Positions 1-12,202 of a stretch of DNA of 64,000 nt are shown here, in pieces. The notes beneath the pieces were generated by a model. That model made no database searches, was not told the DNA's origin, and saw only the letters and a program-made list of their open reading frames with translations. The stretch is taken from positions 4,712,001 through 4,776,000 of the forward strand of contig JBHGNT010000007.1 in the NCBI GenBank assembly GCA_043228905.1. The letters run 5' to 3'. Position 1 is the first letter of the stretch, and each line of letters begins with the position of its first letter. The position numbers and the translations under genes were made by a program. Source of the stretch: Azolla caroliniana. Taxonomy: Eukaryota; Plantae; Polypodiophyta.

Positions 1-297
1 ATGTAAAATTTATTATTTACTGGATTGAAACACAATTAGAAATCACTATGCGACATGAACAGGCTTACGCATTGCAATTATGTTCGAGGTCATGAATATA
101 TTTCTTTTATTGTAGTGTATAATGAGATCATCTCTCTTTTGTAAATCTTAATTATAACGTTTCTTTCTCAGGAATTTGATACTGCCAAGGTCGCAATTGT
201 TTATTATCTATGCATAGCTGAAGTTGTTGCTTTCAAATTTATACTTTGTTTAATTCCTTTGCTTACTGGTATTCTATCGTCATGTGTAATCTAACAG

Positions 298-471
298 GAG
301 CTTGAGCATGGTACATTTGTACGCGTTAAGACAGTCTACTTGAATGGGAAACCGCGAGTTCTTACAATGAAGCAAGACTTGCATTATTGGCCTACATGGG
401 AACTACACTTTGATCCACTCACTGCAATTTGGCAGCGCACAGTGATAAAGTCATATGATAAGTCATTGTGA
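298..471 (+). CDS. DEG7: Terminal exon of a DEG7/Nma111-like serine protease (gene starts upstream of the window)
   Basis: Acceptor ...ctaacAG at 297, then ELEHGTFVRVKTVYLNGKPRVLTMKQDLHYWPTWELHFDPLTAIWQRTVIKSYDKSL*. This matches the plant DEG7 C-terminus as I recall it (LNGKPRVLTLKQDLHYWPTWELRFDP). Confidence 0.88.
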   Translation, partial: ELEHGTFVRVKTVYLNGKPRVLTMKQDLHYWPTWELHFDPLTAIWQRTVIKSYDKSL

Positions 472-1831
472 TGTGCTGTATCTCAGTGTATTATTCTTCA
501 GAGATTGGGTTACTGCCCTTGAATAACCATTCTTTTATGAAATACATATTTCATATTATATGAATAACATAATAAGAAAAACTTTTCATGCTATAATTGT
601 TTTTTCGAATTCCAATTCTTCTCTAAAATTATGAATGGAGGACCCTTGGGGCCTTGATTATGTGAAATGATTGACAAAGTATATGCTTCTCAAGAAGTTG
701 TCATGTATTTTACATACTCACTCTCATAATAATATTCACATTTTTATATCTTATTTGAATGTTTATTCATTATTGGTCGCGTTTCATATTTTACTCTTCA
801 CCCTACATTGTAGCCCTGTTGAATATATATTAACCATAATGACAAGTGTGTATCAGTTCCCATCATTAGTTTTGGTGAAAGACGTGATGTTTTCAATTGA
901 TGTTTTCCATCATCTCCTAAGAAACTGAGTTTTTGCGAGTTACCCTACATCAATTATTCTCTTAAATGTTAGTGTCAGATGGGGAGCACTTTTACTACCA
1001 CATCCTTAGAAAGGGACCAAAAAATCCAGTTGCCTGCTGTTTTTATCTTCATTGCCAAACCCATCATGACATTTTTAAAGTTACAACTAATGAGACGTGA
1101 TTCACCAATACATAAGATTATGCATGGATAAAACATATCAATAGATATTAACTATTGTGACAATCAATAAGCAACTTCCAGTTGTCATTGCCAATGGGAT
1201 AGAGCTAGAACATCATTATTGCAAGAAATACAAAAAGAAGGCATATGGTGCACTTGACAATGGATGAGAAACTGAAGCGTTACAATAAATGGCAAAATCT
1301 TCATGCAAGAGATGACAGGAGACACTGAAAATAAGAATTCACTATTTAATTATAAACACTGGGACAACTAAGAGTGAATATGTAATACGTTCTGCAATTC
1401 TGAATTCTCACACAAGGATGGTATACCAGTTATACCAGATAACCAAGTAACCAGTAATCCCCACAAACTGAATTATTTGAAAACATACCCCATGTTCTTC
1501 TCTCACTTTAAATTTGATATACTCTCAATATCTTTTGGTTTTCTGCTCATCTTAGCTATATGGAGTCCAAGTTCTGCAAGCACTTAGTTATTACTGAAAT
1601 GTATAATTCACTTTCAAATATGCACTTTAAAAGCGGAAGATGCCATCACCTGATGCACAATGCTTACCTTCATTATCTAGAATACATCCATCATACATTG
1701 GACCAACGAGTTGTCTAAATTCTCTTAGTTCAATTCATCAATTGAATTTCATAAATATGCCTTATCTTCAACTTATGTTGCATGAGGAAATTATATCAAC
1801 AAGAAATGGCTTTCATATAGAGGGCTTCAAT

Positions 1832-1974
1832 TAACCTTGTATGGCCCTTAGCTTCTACTTACTAAGGGCCATACAAGGTTATAGAAGCAAGCATGTTTAA
1901 AGTACTAATTGGGGCTCACAAACATGTTTGAAGTAATAGAAATTAGTGATGAATATTTGTGAGCCCCAATTAGT
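1832..1974. repeat. Two adjacent perfect inverted repeats
   Basis: TAACCTTGTATGGCCCTTAG (1832-1851) pairs with 1862-1881. ACTAATTGGGGCTCACAAA (1904-1922) pairs with 1956-1974. Confidence 0.9.
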
Positions 1975-3272
1975 TAAGGGATAACATGATAAATCTTTTT
2001 AGAAGTTAGATTCATTAAGCTCATAATGACTACCTAGACTCGATGCGCAATGATCGATCTCATTGAGTTCCAAGTAAAATCACAAATTTGAATTTAGCAA
2101 CAGAGGCAGAGAGTACCTTGGCATTAACCTATTTCATCAATGCCTAGATAAATTGTCAACAGATCTAACGATTCTCCAGATAAAAACACATAAATGTGCC
2201 TGAATATTTAGCATACCAAAGTTTCCAACAGTTTCCCCATACATTATCGTAGTACTATCATGCATTACCATGAACCTAAAATCACCAATGAAACGTTTGG
2301 TATGCCACAACCAGAAATCATAGTATGACAATAACCAATCATATCTTCCTCAAACAACCTAGTTGAAGATAAACAAAATATGTTTATCTTCAATATCTTT
2401 CTACGTTCCAATACAATATCTTCAATATTCCGTCACAATAACTCAATCAGTATACACACTAAAACTCACATCTGCAAAGAAATGAAAGAAAATTATTTGT
2501 GTATGTGCACCCTGTAGATCAATCAACCTTACATTCTAAAAATGGACAAACAGAAACAGCCTGCCTTCCATTCTAAAACAGAACAAAAAAAAAATCCTGT
2601 ATACAGAGGCTCAATCAAGCTTCAATCCTAGAAGCTTAGCAATAAAATATGGATAATTTATTTAGTCACACAAGCTAGATTTATGTTCCTAAAAAACCGA
2701 GGGGAAGACAAGAGTCTCAAACCTCCTGTACTCAAACTGAATGTACGAAAATGTGGATTTTTCGGATTGTATGAGGTGGATTTAATACACTTTCAACCTC
2801 AGATCTGCGAAGGAATGACACAAAAAATCTATATGAACGTTTTGTCTTTCAGATACAATTAATTGAGCAAAACGAGTTTGTACAGGAGGCTATATCAACC
2901 TTTTGAATCGTCGAAACTGAACAAGACTTTGTTGATACAGTCACAAGACCTAGCTTTCTTTACAGCCTGAAGATCTGGAGTTCGAAGAAATGATAGAGGC
3001 TGCTTATGTGTGTATAGAAAGCTCAAAGAACCTTTTCATTGTAACAACTGCGCAAAGATAATGGATTTATATGCACATTCAAGCTCAGACCTGCGAAGAA
3101 ATGGCAGAGAAATGCAATGAGTATAGGTGGAAATATTGAAAACTTCCATTCCAAGAAATTGAGGTACATTTGTCATAAACATTTGGGGTGCAGATTCGTA
3201 CATCAGAAAAGGCTTAAAAACAGACGAATAACAGAAATGGAAACAGATATGCAATATATATGAAAGAAAGCA

Positions 3273-4149
3273 TCAAACCTGTGGTGCGTCGTAGAAACTA
3301 TCATACAAGAAGATTGGAATGCCATCCACTTTAATTGTTCTGCAAGGTTTTACACCTGGGATAGACCAACAGAAAGAAACAACACGAGCTTCAGCAGAGA
3401 GCTCTCTCTTCATCTTTGGAAGAAGCTTTAGGTTTCCTCCTTCACTCAGATAGAGAGTAAGAACGGTGGCAGAGGTTAAATCTACATCAAATGCGTCTTT
3501 CTGCTCCACAGTGATCATGTGGTCGAGGTTCTCCTTGGAGATGGCTTGCTTTGCTTCTGCGAAGATGGATGGATCTAGCTCCACGCCATAGCCTTTGGCA
3601 CCGTAAAGCTTTGCAGCTAATTTTAAAAGAAAGCAACTTTAGGGTTTCATTACACTGACGACGGCGAGATAAATGTCGGGGAAGGAGAACATGATCAAAA
3701 AGTAGAGGAAGAGGAGAAAAGGATCCAGCACCACGCCATAGTTGTTGACAGCGTGCAAAACTTGGGATCGATAACAGAAAAGGATCGATCCGGATTCCAT
3801 ACAGGCATCTACAAGCATGAGAGCTTCCTTTGCTTGCGAAACATGAAGAAGAGAGGAGGAGGAGGAGGAGTGGGAACTAATTGCTACTCGGTAGGAGGGA
3901 GGGAGGGAGGGAGGGAGCAACAGAAGAAGAAGGTACAGAAGAAGGAAGAGATGGAAGAAATGGTGAGAGAGGAGTACCTGAGATGAGGAGGCGTCCATCG
4001 CCACAGCCAAGGTCGACGAGGTAGTCAGAAGGGCGGAGGCGGGCGAGGCGGAGCATTTGGGCGGCGACGTGGGGAGGGGTGGGCACGAAGGGGGCAAGGC
4101 GGGAGCCGAGCCAATAACGCAGCCATAGCCCAAGCCTCAAGCCCACCAT
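3273..4149 (-). CDS. Class I SAM-dependent methyltransferase, FAM173/DOT1-like, about 171 aa; exons 4149-3978 and 3616-3273
   Basis: Removing a phase-1 GT..AG intron (3977-3617) gives LAPFVPTP...LVDLGCGDGRLLISAAKLYGAKGYGVELDP...DLTSATVLTLYL...ARVVSFCW. Motif I (DLGCGDG) and post-I (GVELD) are intact. Confidence 0.85.
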
Positions 4150-4266
4150 AGCCAGGCCCAGCAGAATCAGAAGAAGGAGAAGAAGCAGAAGCAGAATCAG
4201 AAGAAGAAAGAAGAAGAAGAAGAAGAAGTAACTGAAAGAGAGCTCATCATGTCTTTCCTCCTACTC

Positions 4267-4372
4267 TACATGACATACATACATACATGACATACATGCA
4301 TACATACATGCATACATACATAGGCAAATTCTAAATACATGACATACATACATACATAGGCAAATTCTAATA
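4267..4372. repeat. (CATA)n-rich microsatellite with a local duplication
   Basis: Runs of catacata/catgacata; 'catacataggcaaattctaa' occurs twice. Confidence 0.8.
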
Positions 4373-4398
4373 TAGGAAGGTATTGCTCCCACTTGGAA

Positions 4399-5957
4399 TT
4401 AGAAGGGGGTTTTCGCTACATAAGCTCCTCCTCGAAGCATATCCTCAATAATTCCATTCACTCGTTCAATTTGTCCATCGGACTCACGATGATTTGCGGA
4501 ACCCATGCTCGACATCATTCCTACTTTCTTAAAGACTTGAGTCCAAAAGTCACAAGTAACCTTAGAATCTCGATCACTGACAATGAAATAACTCACCAAC
4601 AAATTGATAAGTCAATTGTCGAGCGGTTACCATGGTTTTGGTAGGAATAAATCCAACCAATTTTGTTAGTCTTTCAACGACAACCCAAATGGCATCATGA
4701 CCACTCATCAACAAATTGATAAGCCAATTGTCGAGCGGTTACCGTGGTTTTGGTGGGAATAAATCTACCCAGTTTTGTTAGTCGGTCAACGACAACCCAA
4801 ATGGCATCATGAACCCTCTGTGTACAAGGTCAACTAACAAAAAAAATCCATTGAGATACTTTCCCATTTGTTGTTGGGAATATCTAAGGGATGTAAAAGA
4901 CCAGCAGCTTTAAGTTTTCCGACTTATTAATCCAACATTGTAAGCATTAAGTTACGTATTTGTACACGTCAAAGCGCATCTTAGGCTAGAAAAAAGTACT
5001 CGAGATGAGAACAAGTGTGCGTTGTATTCCAGGATGACCAATAGATGGTGCATCATGACATTCATGAAGAATTTTTTGTTTTACGTTTGGTAAATCTAGA
5101 ACACAAACCTTTCCACTACAGTAGAGCAAATTGTTTGTAATGTGAAAGGTCGCCTTCGACTCTCGAGGGTAGGGTGCTAGTAACGACATCTAAACCAGAT
5201 TCGGCTTTCGTCCAATATTTCGGGAAATAATTGTCATCAACGTATTTCCCTCGAAGGTGACCTAAAAGAACAGATTTTATTTCCATGAAGCTAAGCATGT
5301 TAACTTCTTTGATGCAACTAAGAGCATTCGCAACAGTGTTCATAGAACCCTTGCGATACCATATGGAAAAATCAAAATCTTGCATAAGGTCAGTCCGACG
5401 GCCTTTACGACCAACAAGATCTGGTTGGTCACAAAAATACTTCAAGGATTGATGGTCTGGTGTAACCACAATTTGATTTCCATAAAGATAATGCCTCCAT
5501 GTTTTTAGTGCATGTATTACCGCCGCGAACAATTATTTCTCTTGAACCAAATACCGAGATTGACTATCATCAAGCTTTTTACTTTCAAAAGCGATAGGGT
5601 GACCGCCTTGATAAAGGATGGCACCAATAGCATAATCATTAGCATCAGTTTCGATTGAGAAAGGCTTAGAAGGGTCCGGTAATAGAAGAGTGTGAGTTTG
5701 ACACACATGCTCTTTGAGTGTCTCAAATGATGTGTCAAGTTTTTCATTCCAGGAAATTGGTTTGACAGACTTGCGTGGATGACCTTTTAAAAGGTCAGTT
5801 AATGGTGTAGTCAAATTGGAATAGTTACGAATTGATTTTCATAAAAATCCAATAAATCCTAAGAATGATCGAAGTTCACGAATATTACGAGGAATGGGCC
5901 AAAGTTTAACCTTTTCAATACGAGAAGGTTCAATTTCAACGCCACTACGACAAAGCA
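4399..5957 (-). mobile_element. Decayed Ty3/gypsy pol fragment (RT thumb - RNase H - integrase)
   Basis: WPIPRNIRELRSFLGF; PFSIETDANDYAIGAIL; KTWRHYLYG..DHQSLKY; ILHECHD..GHPG; IVSDRD..SDGQIERVN. Domain order RT-RH-INT is gypsy; several stops and frameshifts. Confidence 0.9.
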
Positions 5958-6500
5958 CGGATGATGAAGCTACGACCGATAAGGTTACGAACGTGGAAGT
6001 CCACGTGATGAGGCTAGGAACTCTAGAAGTTGTGAGTGATGAGACTATGAACTTAGGAAGCTATGGAGCACGAACGATGGGGCTAAGAGCGTGGAACTTT
6101 AGAAATTGGGAACGACACAAGAGCATGAAGACAAAGATGAAGAAGGAGACAAGATGGCATGAAATGAGGATACTAGATTGACGTGTCAATGACTGGCATT
6201 GAATCCCTTGAAAGGGATCAAGGAAGAGTTACAAGTATTTATACATGTTTGTGGCCTCTACATGTAGTTCCATGCATCAACCCATTTTCATGCAAAATCT
6301 TCTGGAGCTTTCTAGAAGCTTCTAAAAACTCCTAGAACATTGAATAGATAATCTACTAAGATAGATAACCCGATTATGTACTTGGATGTGTTGGTTAGAT
6401 GATGAGTGACATGATTATTGTCATGTCCGTAACATTATCCTCCCATTTATGACCGTCTTTTCGGAAGCGTGGCAGTCATGTCCATGACATTATCCTCCCC
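5956..6500 (-). mobile_element. Probable 3' LTR with polypurine tract; the PPT/LTR junction is duplicated
   Basis: The minus strand reads GGGAGGATAA then TGTTACGGACATGAC (6444 downwards). A second copy, GGGGAGGATAA-TGTCATGGACATGAC, starts at 6500. The far end is truncated against the gypsy RT. Confidence 0.55.
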
Positions 6501-6504
6501 TTTA

Positions 6505-7172
6505 CGGCCACCTTTTTGGAAGTGTGGCGTAGGGATGAGTTGAAAGAGAAAATCGGAGTAGGTTGAGGAGTGGTTGACCATGTGCGGTCCTCACCGGAGA
6601 ATGGAACACGAGTGAACGTGAACGACCATGTGTGGTCCTCCTCATCGAGTCATCGGGAATTGAGGCACCAATAGGCGTGAGCAACCATCCATGGTCCTCA
6701 CAGCCTTTTTGGAAGCGTGGCGTAGGGATGAGTTGAAAGAGAAAATCGGAGTAGGTTGAGGAGTGGTTGACCATGTGCGGTCCTCACCGGAGAATGGAAC
6801 ATGAGTGAACGTGAGCGACCAATAGGCGTGAGCGACCATGCGCGGTCCTCACAAATCTCTATCTTGAATAATAATGGCAGCTCCTCGAGGCCCAACCATG
6901 GTTCTACCATCAATGTAATTTCCTAGTTAGCCTTATATTAAAATGTCAACCCAACATGTATTGATATGGTCGAGAAAGTGTATTGCGTGAAAAAACAAGT
7001 CCATTTGCAAGTAATATTCTAGTTTTGCGAGTAACAAGCAAATGTAATTTCCTAGTTAGCCTTATATTAAAATGTCAACCCAACATGTATTGATATGGTC
7101 GAGAAAGTGTATTGCGTGAAAAAACAAGTCCATTTGTAAGTAATATTCTAGTTTTGCGAGTAACAAGCAAAT
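6505..7172. repeat. Two sets of tandem duplications (about 195-bp period at 6505/6703; about 130-bp period at 6912/7041)
   Basis: 'ggcgtagggatgagttgaaagagaaaatcggagtagg...' x2 and 'aatgtaatttcctagttagccttatattaaaatgtc...' x2. Confidence 0.9.
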
Positions 7173-7795
7173 GTTATGAAAAAAATGATAAAATAAGGCA
7201 CTACTCATAAGAGTCAAGTAGTGATGAAAACAAGGGTAAAAAAACCCATGTGTTACCTCCTAAAAAAAAAAGTCACAAATAAATGGATGGCGCGAGGTAT
7301 ACATGTATACACCCCAATATGGTGGTTGTAATTTGCACATTTGTGACATAAGCCACAAATTGATAAAAGTGGTGGTGGCATTGTGCGCAAAGATGTAGTA
7401 CTCAAATCTATGAGTAAAACATAAATAAGGGAACTCATGTATTTTTAATCGAGTTCTAAGGCTCAATTACATGTGTTAAACCTAGAGAACACTTTGGAAA
7501 AAATGTTCAAAAAGCGGCATGATGACCACTCAATATGAAAAAATAGTCTACATAAATCGTTACACCATTAAACGTGCGGAAATAGTGTAGATGAACTTAA
7601 AATAATGGTAAGAAAGAGAGTTAATTGTGGGTGGGTAAATGACAATTACGAGAAAATCATCAGAAAGTGAAGAGACAATTTGTGTAATTAGAAAATAATT
7701 AGAATAATAATCCATTAGGTGTATGAAACATTAAGCATGCCATTAGGTAAGAAACCCTGGGGTAGTCGACATGCACCTCCTCAAGACCACCACAC

Positions 7796-8005
7796 CCATA
7801 GAATCGGCAAAGTGATGGCTCAATAGAGAGTAGAGTGGCACAAGTAAGGGACATATACCTCGTCAAGGCCATAACATCCCATAGAATCGACCAACTGATG
7901 GCTCAATAGAGAGTAGAGTGGCATAGGTAGGCGATAGACACCTTGTCAAGGCCCCAACATCCCACAGAATCGGCCAAGTGATGGCTCAATAAAGGGAAGA
8001 GTGGC
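7796..8005. repeat. Three degenerate tandem units of about 82 bp
   Basis: 'cccatagaatcg...tgatggctcaata...agagtggca' recurs near 7796, 7878 and 7961. Confidence 0.75.
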
Positions 8006-8320
8006 ATACTCAACATCATATGCAAAAGGGCCATGATGTGAACGTGCACGATTAGGGAAAACACGCGCTCGACCCGATGCACAATAAGATTGTAAATCAT
8101 ATGAACGTAGAAAGAATAAAGAAAAGAAAAGAAAAGAAAACATAATACAATTTCCATGCGACCAAGAATAACGCATCATAGAAAAAGAAGAGAGATAGAG
8201 AAAGAAGAATATCGGGTTTAGAACGTTGTTTTGATCCTGAGAAGAGCATGCCAAGCCTTGTTAGATCCCCATCGCTCACATGCAAAAAACATCAAAACAA
8301 CAAAAAAAAAGTCAGTAAAT

Positions 8321-8768
8321 GCTCTGATACCACTGTTAAGAGTCTATTACTAATTAATAGACCAAAATAAAGTAAAAGAAGGAAAACATATTGGATAGAA
8401 GAACCCGTTCCACCAGACCACCCCCGAGCTATGATCTAGACATAGCCAACCTACCACCGACGTCCCATACCGCTGGATATTAGGATGACTAATACAATGG
8501 AAGAGATTACACGATCGTCGAGACGAAAGCCTAGCCCGCACCACCGGTGTCCTTATCGGGGTAGCTAAGCTGCATATTGATACCTCTTCATAAGCCCCTT
8601 GAGTAGATGTGCTTTTTTAAAAGGCTCTCCATTCATTAGTTGCCTAAATCATGATAGTGCATGCACCTATCATTCCTTCTATCCAATCACATTAGTCCCC
8701 CTTTTAACATTAGTGGACATACCCTTCACTTATTGACCTACCCTCACCTACATTATGTGTACATAACA
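8321..8768 (-). mobile_element. LTR (8334-8768) with tRNA-iMet primer binding site, abutting a copia gag fragment
   Basis: TGTTA...TAACA termini. GCTCTGATACCA at 8321-8332 is the reverse complement of PBS TGGTATCAGAGC. No coding domain is recognisable in the adjoining internal region. Confidence 0.75.
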
Positions 8769-9727
8769 GAGACGCATATCTCCTTGATCTTGGAGGTGTA
8801 GTCAGCCACCGACATGTCTCTCTGCCGGACATTGCTAAGCTCAAGTTTGAGTTGTAGCTTTATGGCTGACGTGCTTGTGACGAAGATCCTCTTTAGGTTC
8901 GTCTAAGCATCTTTCGGCATCTTGGCATCCCGAATGTAGCTCAAAAGCTAGCCACTCACACAAGATGCAAAACAGTACATCACCCTACTCGCCACCTGCT
9001 CCCAGGTCGTAAAGTCTCTATGTGTCAAATCTGGGGCTGCCTTATTTGCTCCTTCCACATAACTCCAGTACCCGTGCCCAAGCAGGTACTGATGCATCTT
9101 GTACAACCAATATATGTGGTTGCTCCAATCGAGCTTTTTTGTCAAAAGAAACTTCTCATGCCTCTATCCATGTTCCTGTCTTCGATTTTCCAAAAAAAGA
9201 GCTTGTCTCTATGCTTGTTCGCTGTAGAGGATTATTCTAACCCTCACACTTTGATACCATGTAAAAGAATACATGCGGAAGCTTATGAACAACAAACTCA
9301 ACCAACTAAGTTAGACAACAACAAATAGTTAGGTATACACATAGGATATGGGGAGAGGGAGAGAGACAAATTGTGTAAGGAGACAACGAAAAACTTCTAT
9401 TACGAAAATGACTTAGTGTTCTGTACTATCTACATATAACATGCTCACAGAGTACTTTTTATACAAGCCTTGACAGGTGGGCTTACACAAGTACTATTAG
9501 TACTTTAATGCTCATTAATGAACCTGACACGGATTAGCCTATAATAGGCCTATTTACTAAAATATGCATCTAGGCTCCCTAACGACATGTCAAATTCCAT
9601 CCGACTCGGCCAACCGATTCGACTTACAACTTATTTAGCCGATTCGGGCCTAGCCGATCAATACACATTGGATCCGGTTCTCAACTTTTTCAGCTAATCT
9701 GGCCCATGTTAAGCTTGTTTCTCAACA
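8769..9727 (-). mobile_element. Truncated Ty1/copia, family A: 5' LTR 9260-9727, PBS and decayed gag
   Basis: KKLDWSN..WLYKMHQYLLGHGYWSYVEG is homologous to the gag at 35676-36266 and at 60457. LTR has TG...CAACA ends; degenerate PBS at 9247-9259. Confidence 0.85.
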
Positions 9728-10081
9728 CTTAGGGTATGTGATTGAATTATGTGGAAAATGAATGTTAGTATGATCGATTATTTTCGGTGATTATTGTGTG
9801 TGTAGTCTTGTTAGTATGATCCATTGCTTTTCGTGATTATTGTCTATGGAAAATGGACGTTAGTATGATCGTTGCCAAGCAACCATTATAGGTAGTTTGG
9901 GTTCCAGCCTGCACGACGAGTTGGGCTTCTGTTTTCAGACATGAGTTTAGCTCCTAAATGCACACTTTAAATGAACACTCATGTATTTCAAAACGGTGGA
10001 GAATATGTTACCAATGATAAAGTTAAAACAGATGCAAATCTTTCAAGAAAGTTGTTTTCTTAACCACAAACACACATATTG

Positions 10082-10474
10082 TGTCATGATATTGCCCCAA
10101 ACAAGATTTGAGCCCATGAACCTGTGATACATTTGTTATAATACATATGATATTACTTTCATTTGTTATTTCACCTAAGTTTTAGAACTTTTCGAAATAA
10201 TTGAGAAAATTCATGAATATTTTTGAATACTTTGGAGCTTTCTAGAAACTCTAAGAATACTCTTAAAGACCCTATAAATAGAGCCATATTGTATTATTTT
10301 TGTGTCTCTTGATTTGACTCCTTCCAAATCTCAAAGAAAAAATAATTGATAACAAATGTCATGCAACTTGAAAGGGTCTTATGAGTTTGGATATATTCAA
10401 GGATACTAAAAATCATCAATAAGGTTTGCAGTGAGTGCAAAAGACTTATACAAAGAAACACAAGCATATGAGAC
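10082..10474 (+). mobile_element. Possible solo LTR
   Basis: TGTCA...AGACA ends, an internal CTATAAATA, and a 'ggagctttctagaa' motif shared with the 5956-6434 LTR. No TSD found. Confidence 0.35.
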
Positions 10475-11039
10475 ATTACTCGTCAATTTTCCCACATACA
10501 AGAGAAAGCAGGTGCATATCCTAAATTTTGGAGAAACCTAAGAGGGAGATATGTTGAGAGCCATGGTGACCTAACTCTTATGAACTTGTCCATGCATTGT
10601 GAGAACTCACACAAGCAATGAAATGCAAGAACGATAATATTGATGGTTCCCTTTTGAATATGCCTTCCTTCTTTACGATCGAGAATGTACGCACAGGGCT
10701 TAAGAAACGAGCCTCTTGAAAGGCGAGAGAGCAAGGTATAAAGGTTGAAATGCTCAAATGGACGAGAAAGGAGGCACATGCATATGGATAAACAAGATGT
10801 ATAATCATGTATCACAACATGGTGTGCCTTTTTCAAAATGCAATACAAAAGTGGATCAAACCATTACGTGAAGGTAGAGATGTAATTGGTGGGAGTGACT
10901 ATCAGACACTCATGCCAGGGTTAGTTATTGCGAGAACTAGTTGGATTTAGATCGGGAGTCAAGACAAAAGGAAGGTAGATTCCAAGGAAACAACAGGGCG
11001 ACATCGATCACCATGGGCACTCTGTGGAGTGTTGTTAAT

Positions 11040-11619
11040 TAACAATGGGCCCGGTTCGATTTCGGTTTCGGTGCCTTGAAACCAAACCAAACCAAACCAA
11101 ACCCTTTATATAAAACAAAAACCAAACCAAACCGTTTATGAAAATTCGAACATTTAAACCAAACCATTTAAAAAAAATGTAAACTAAATCATTTAAACCA
11201 AAATCGTTTAGGGAAAAATTAAAACCAAACCGAACCATTTAAAAAAAAGTTTAAACCTAACCACATTTAAGCCAAACTAATTAAAAAATTATTTCAATAA
11301 AAATACACAAAATTAAATAAGCATTTATGTTAAAATAAATAAATAAATAAATAAGATTAATTGAGCCATTAGAAATAAACAATTAAGTTAAGTGAATTAA
11401 ACCAATGAAAAACATTAAATTACATAAACATTTAATGGATAAAAAAAGATAGCCCAAAAACATATAAACCCTAGTTTCAAAACCAAACCGAACTGAAATT
11501 GAACCGTTTATTATTAATTAAAACCAAACCAAACCATTTAATTATTTTAGAACTTATAAACCTTTAAACCATGGTTTAACGGTTCGGTTCGGTTTAAGCC
11601 GAAACCGGGCCCATTGCTA
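11040..11619. mobile_element. Non-autonomous hAT element (MITE-like)
   Basis: TIRs TAACAATGGGCCCGGTT / AACCGGGCCCATTGCTA. Perfect 8-bp TSD TTGTTAAT at 11032-11039 and 11620-11627. Many AAACC(G/A) subterminal repeats. Confidence 0.92.
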
Positions 11620-11717
11620 TTGTTAATTAATATATGGAAGGAATCAGCATGAGAGAGGCGAGGGCTATATAGTGCCACTTGTGTCGTAGACGTGAAGGAA
11701 GCTTTTTGGTAACGATT

Positions 11718-11844
11718 TAAACCCTAAACCCCTAAACCCCTAAACGCTAAACCCGAACCCCTAAACACTAAATGATTAAAACCCTAAACCCGAAGCCTTG
11801 AACACACTGAAAACCCTAAATGCTAAACCCTAAAGGCTAAACCC
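11718..11844 (+). promoter_or_regulatory. Cluster of telomere-like telo-box (AAACCCTA) repeats upstream of the At1g53645-like gene
   Basis: aaaccctaaacccctaaacccctaaacgctaaacccgaacccctaaa... Telo-boxes are established elements in promoters of plant translation-machinery genes. Confidence 0.65.
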
Positions 11845-12202
11845 ATTGCGGTCCTTCGAGTGCCCATTGCGGTCCTTCATGTGCCCATCCGGGGGTAAGT
11901 CTTTTTTGTGCTCTTCTTCTTCTTCTCTTTACATTCTTCTCCTTCTTCCCCTGTTCCCTTCCTCCCCTGTTTCCCCCCCCCCCTTCCCTTCCTTTCATCT
12001 CCACTCTTCGTTAGGGCAAGCCATCTGTACTGTCAATCATGGATGATTGATTGATTGATTGATTGATTGATGATTCTACACCATGGAGTGCCACAGACCT
12101 GTATACTACTGATAATCGAAAACGGCCTGCACAGCGAATCACCATGGCGGCGTAGAGATTCCTGGCTACTAGGGTTTTAGCTGCCACACACACATCCACG
12201 CC

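Noticed and set aside
172-189. Possible micro-exon (EFDTAK) between AG and GT upstream of the DEG7 last exon
   Set aside because: It is in phase, but the donor is weak and I cannot match it confidently to DEG7. Transcript data are needed.
4150-4250. Upstream ATG and Leu-rich stretch as a transmembrane N-terminus for the methyltransferase
   Set aside because: The ATGs at 4250 and 4247 are out of frame with 4149 and hit a stop. The Leu run comes from a CTT microsatellite.
11718-11844. True interstitial telomere or chromosome fusion site
   Set aside because: The array is short, degenerate and single-orientation at a promoter position, so telo-boxes explain it better.
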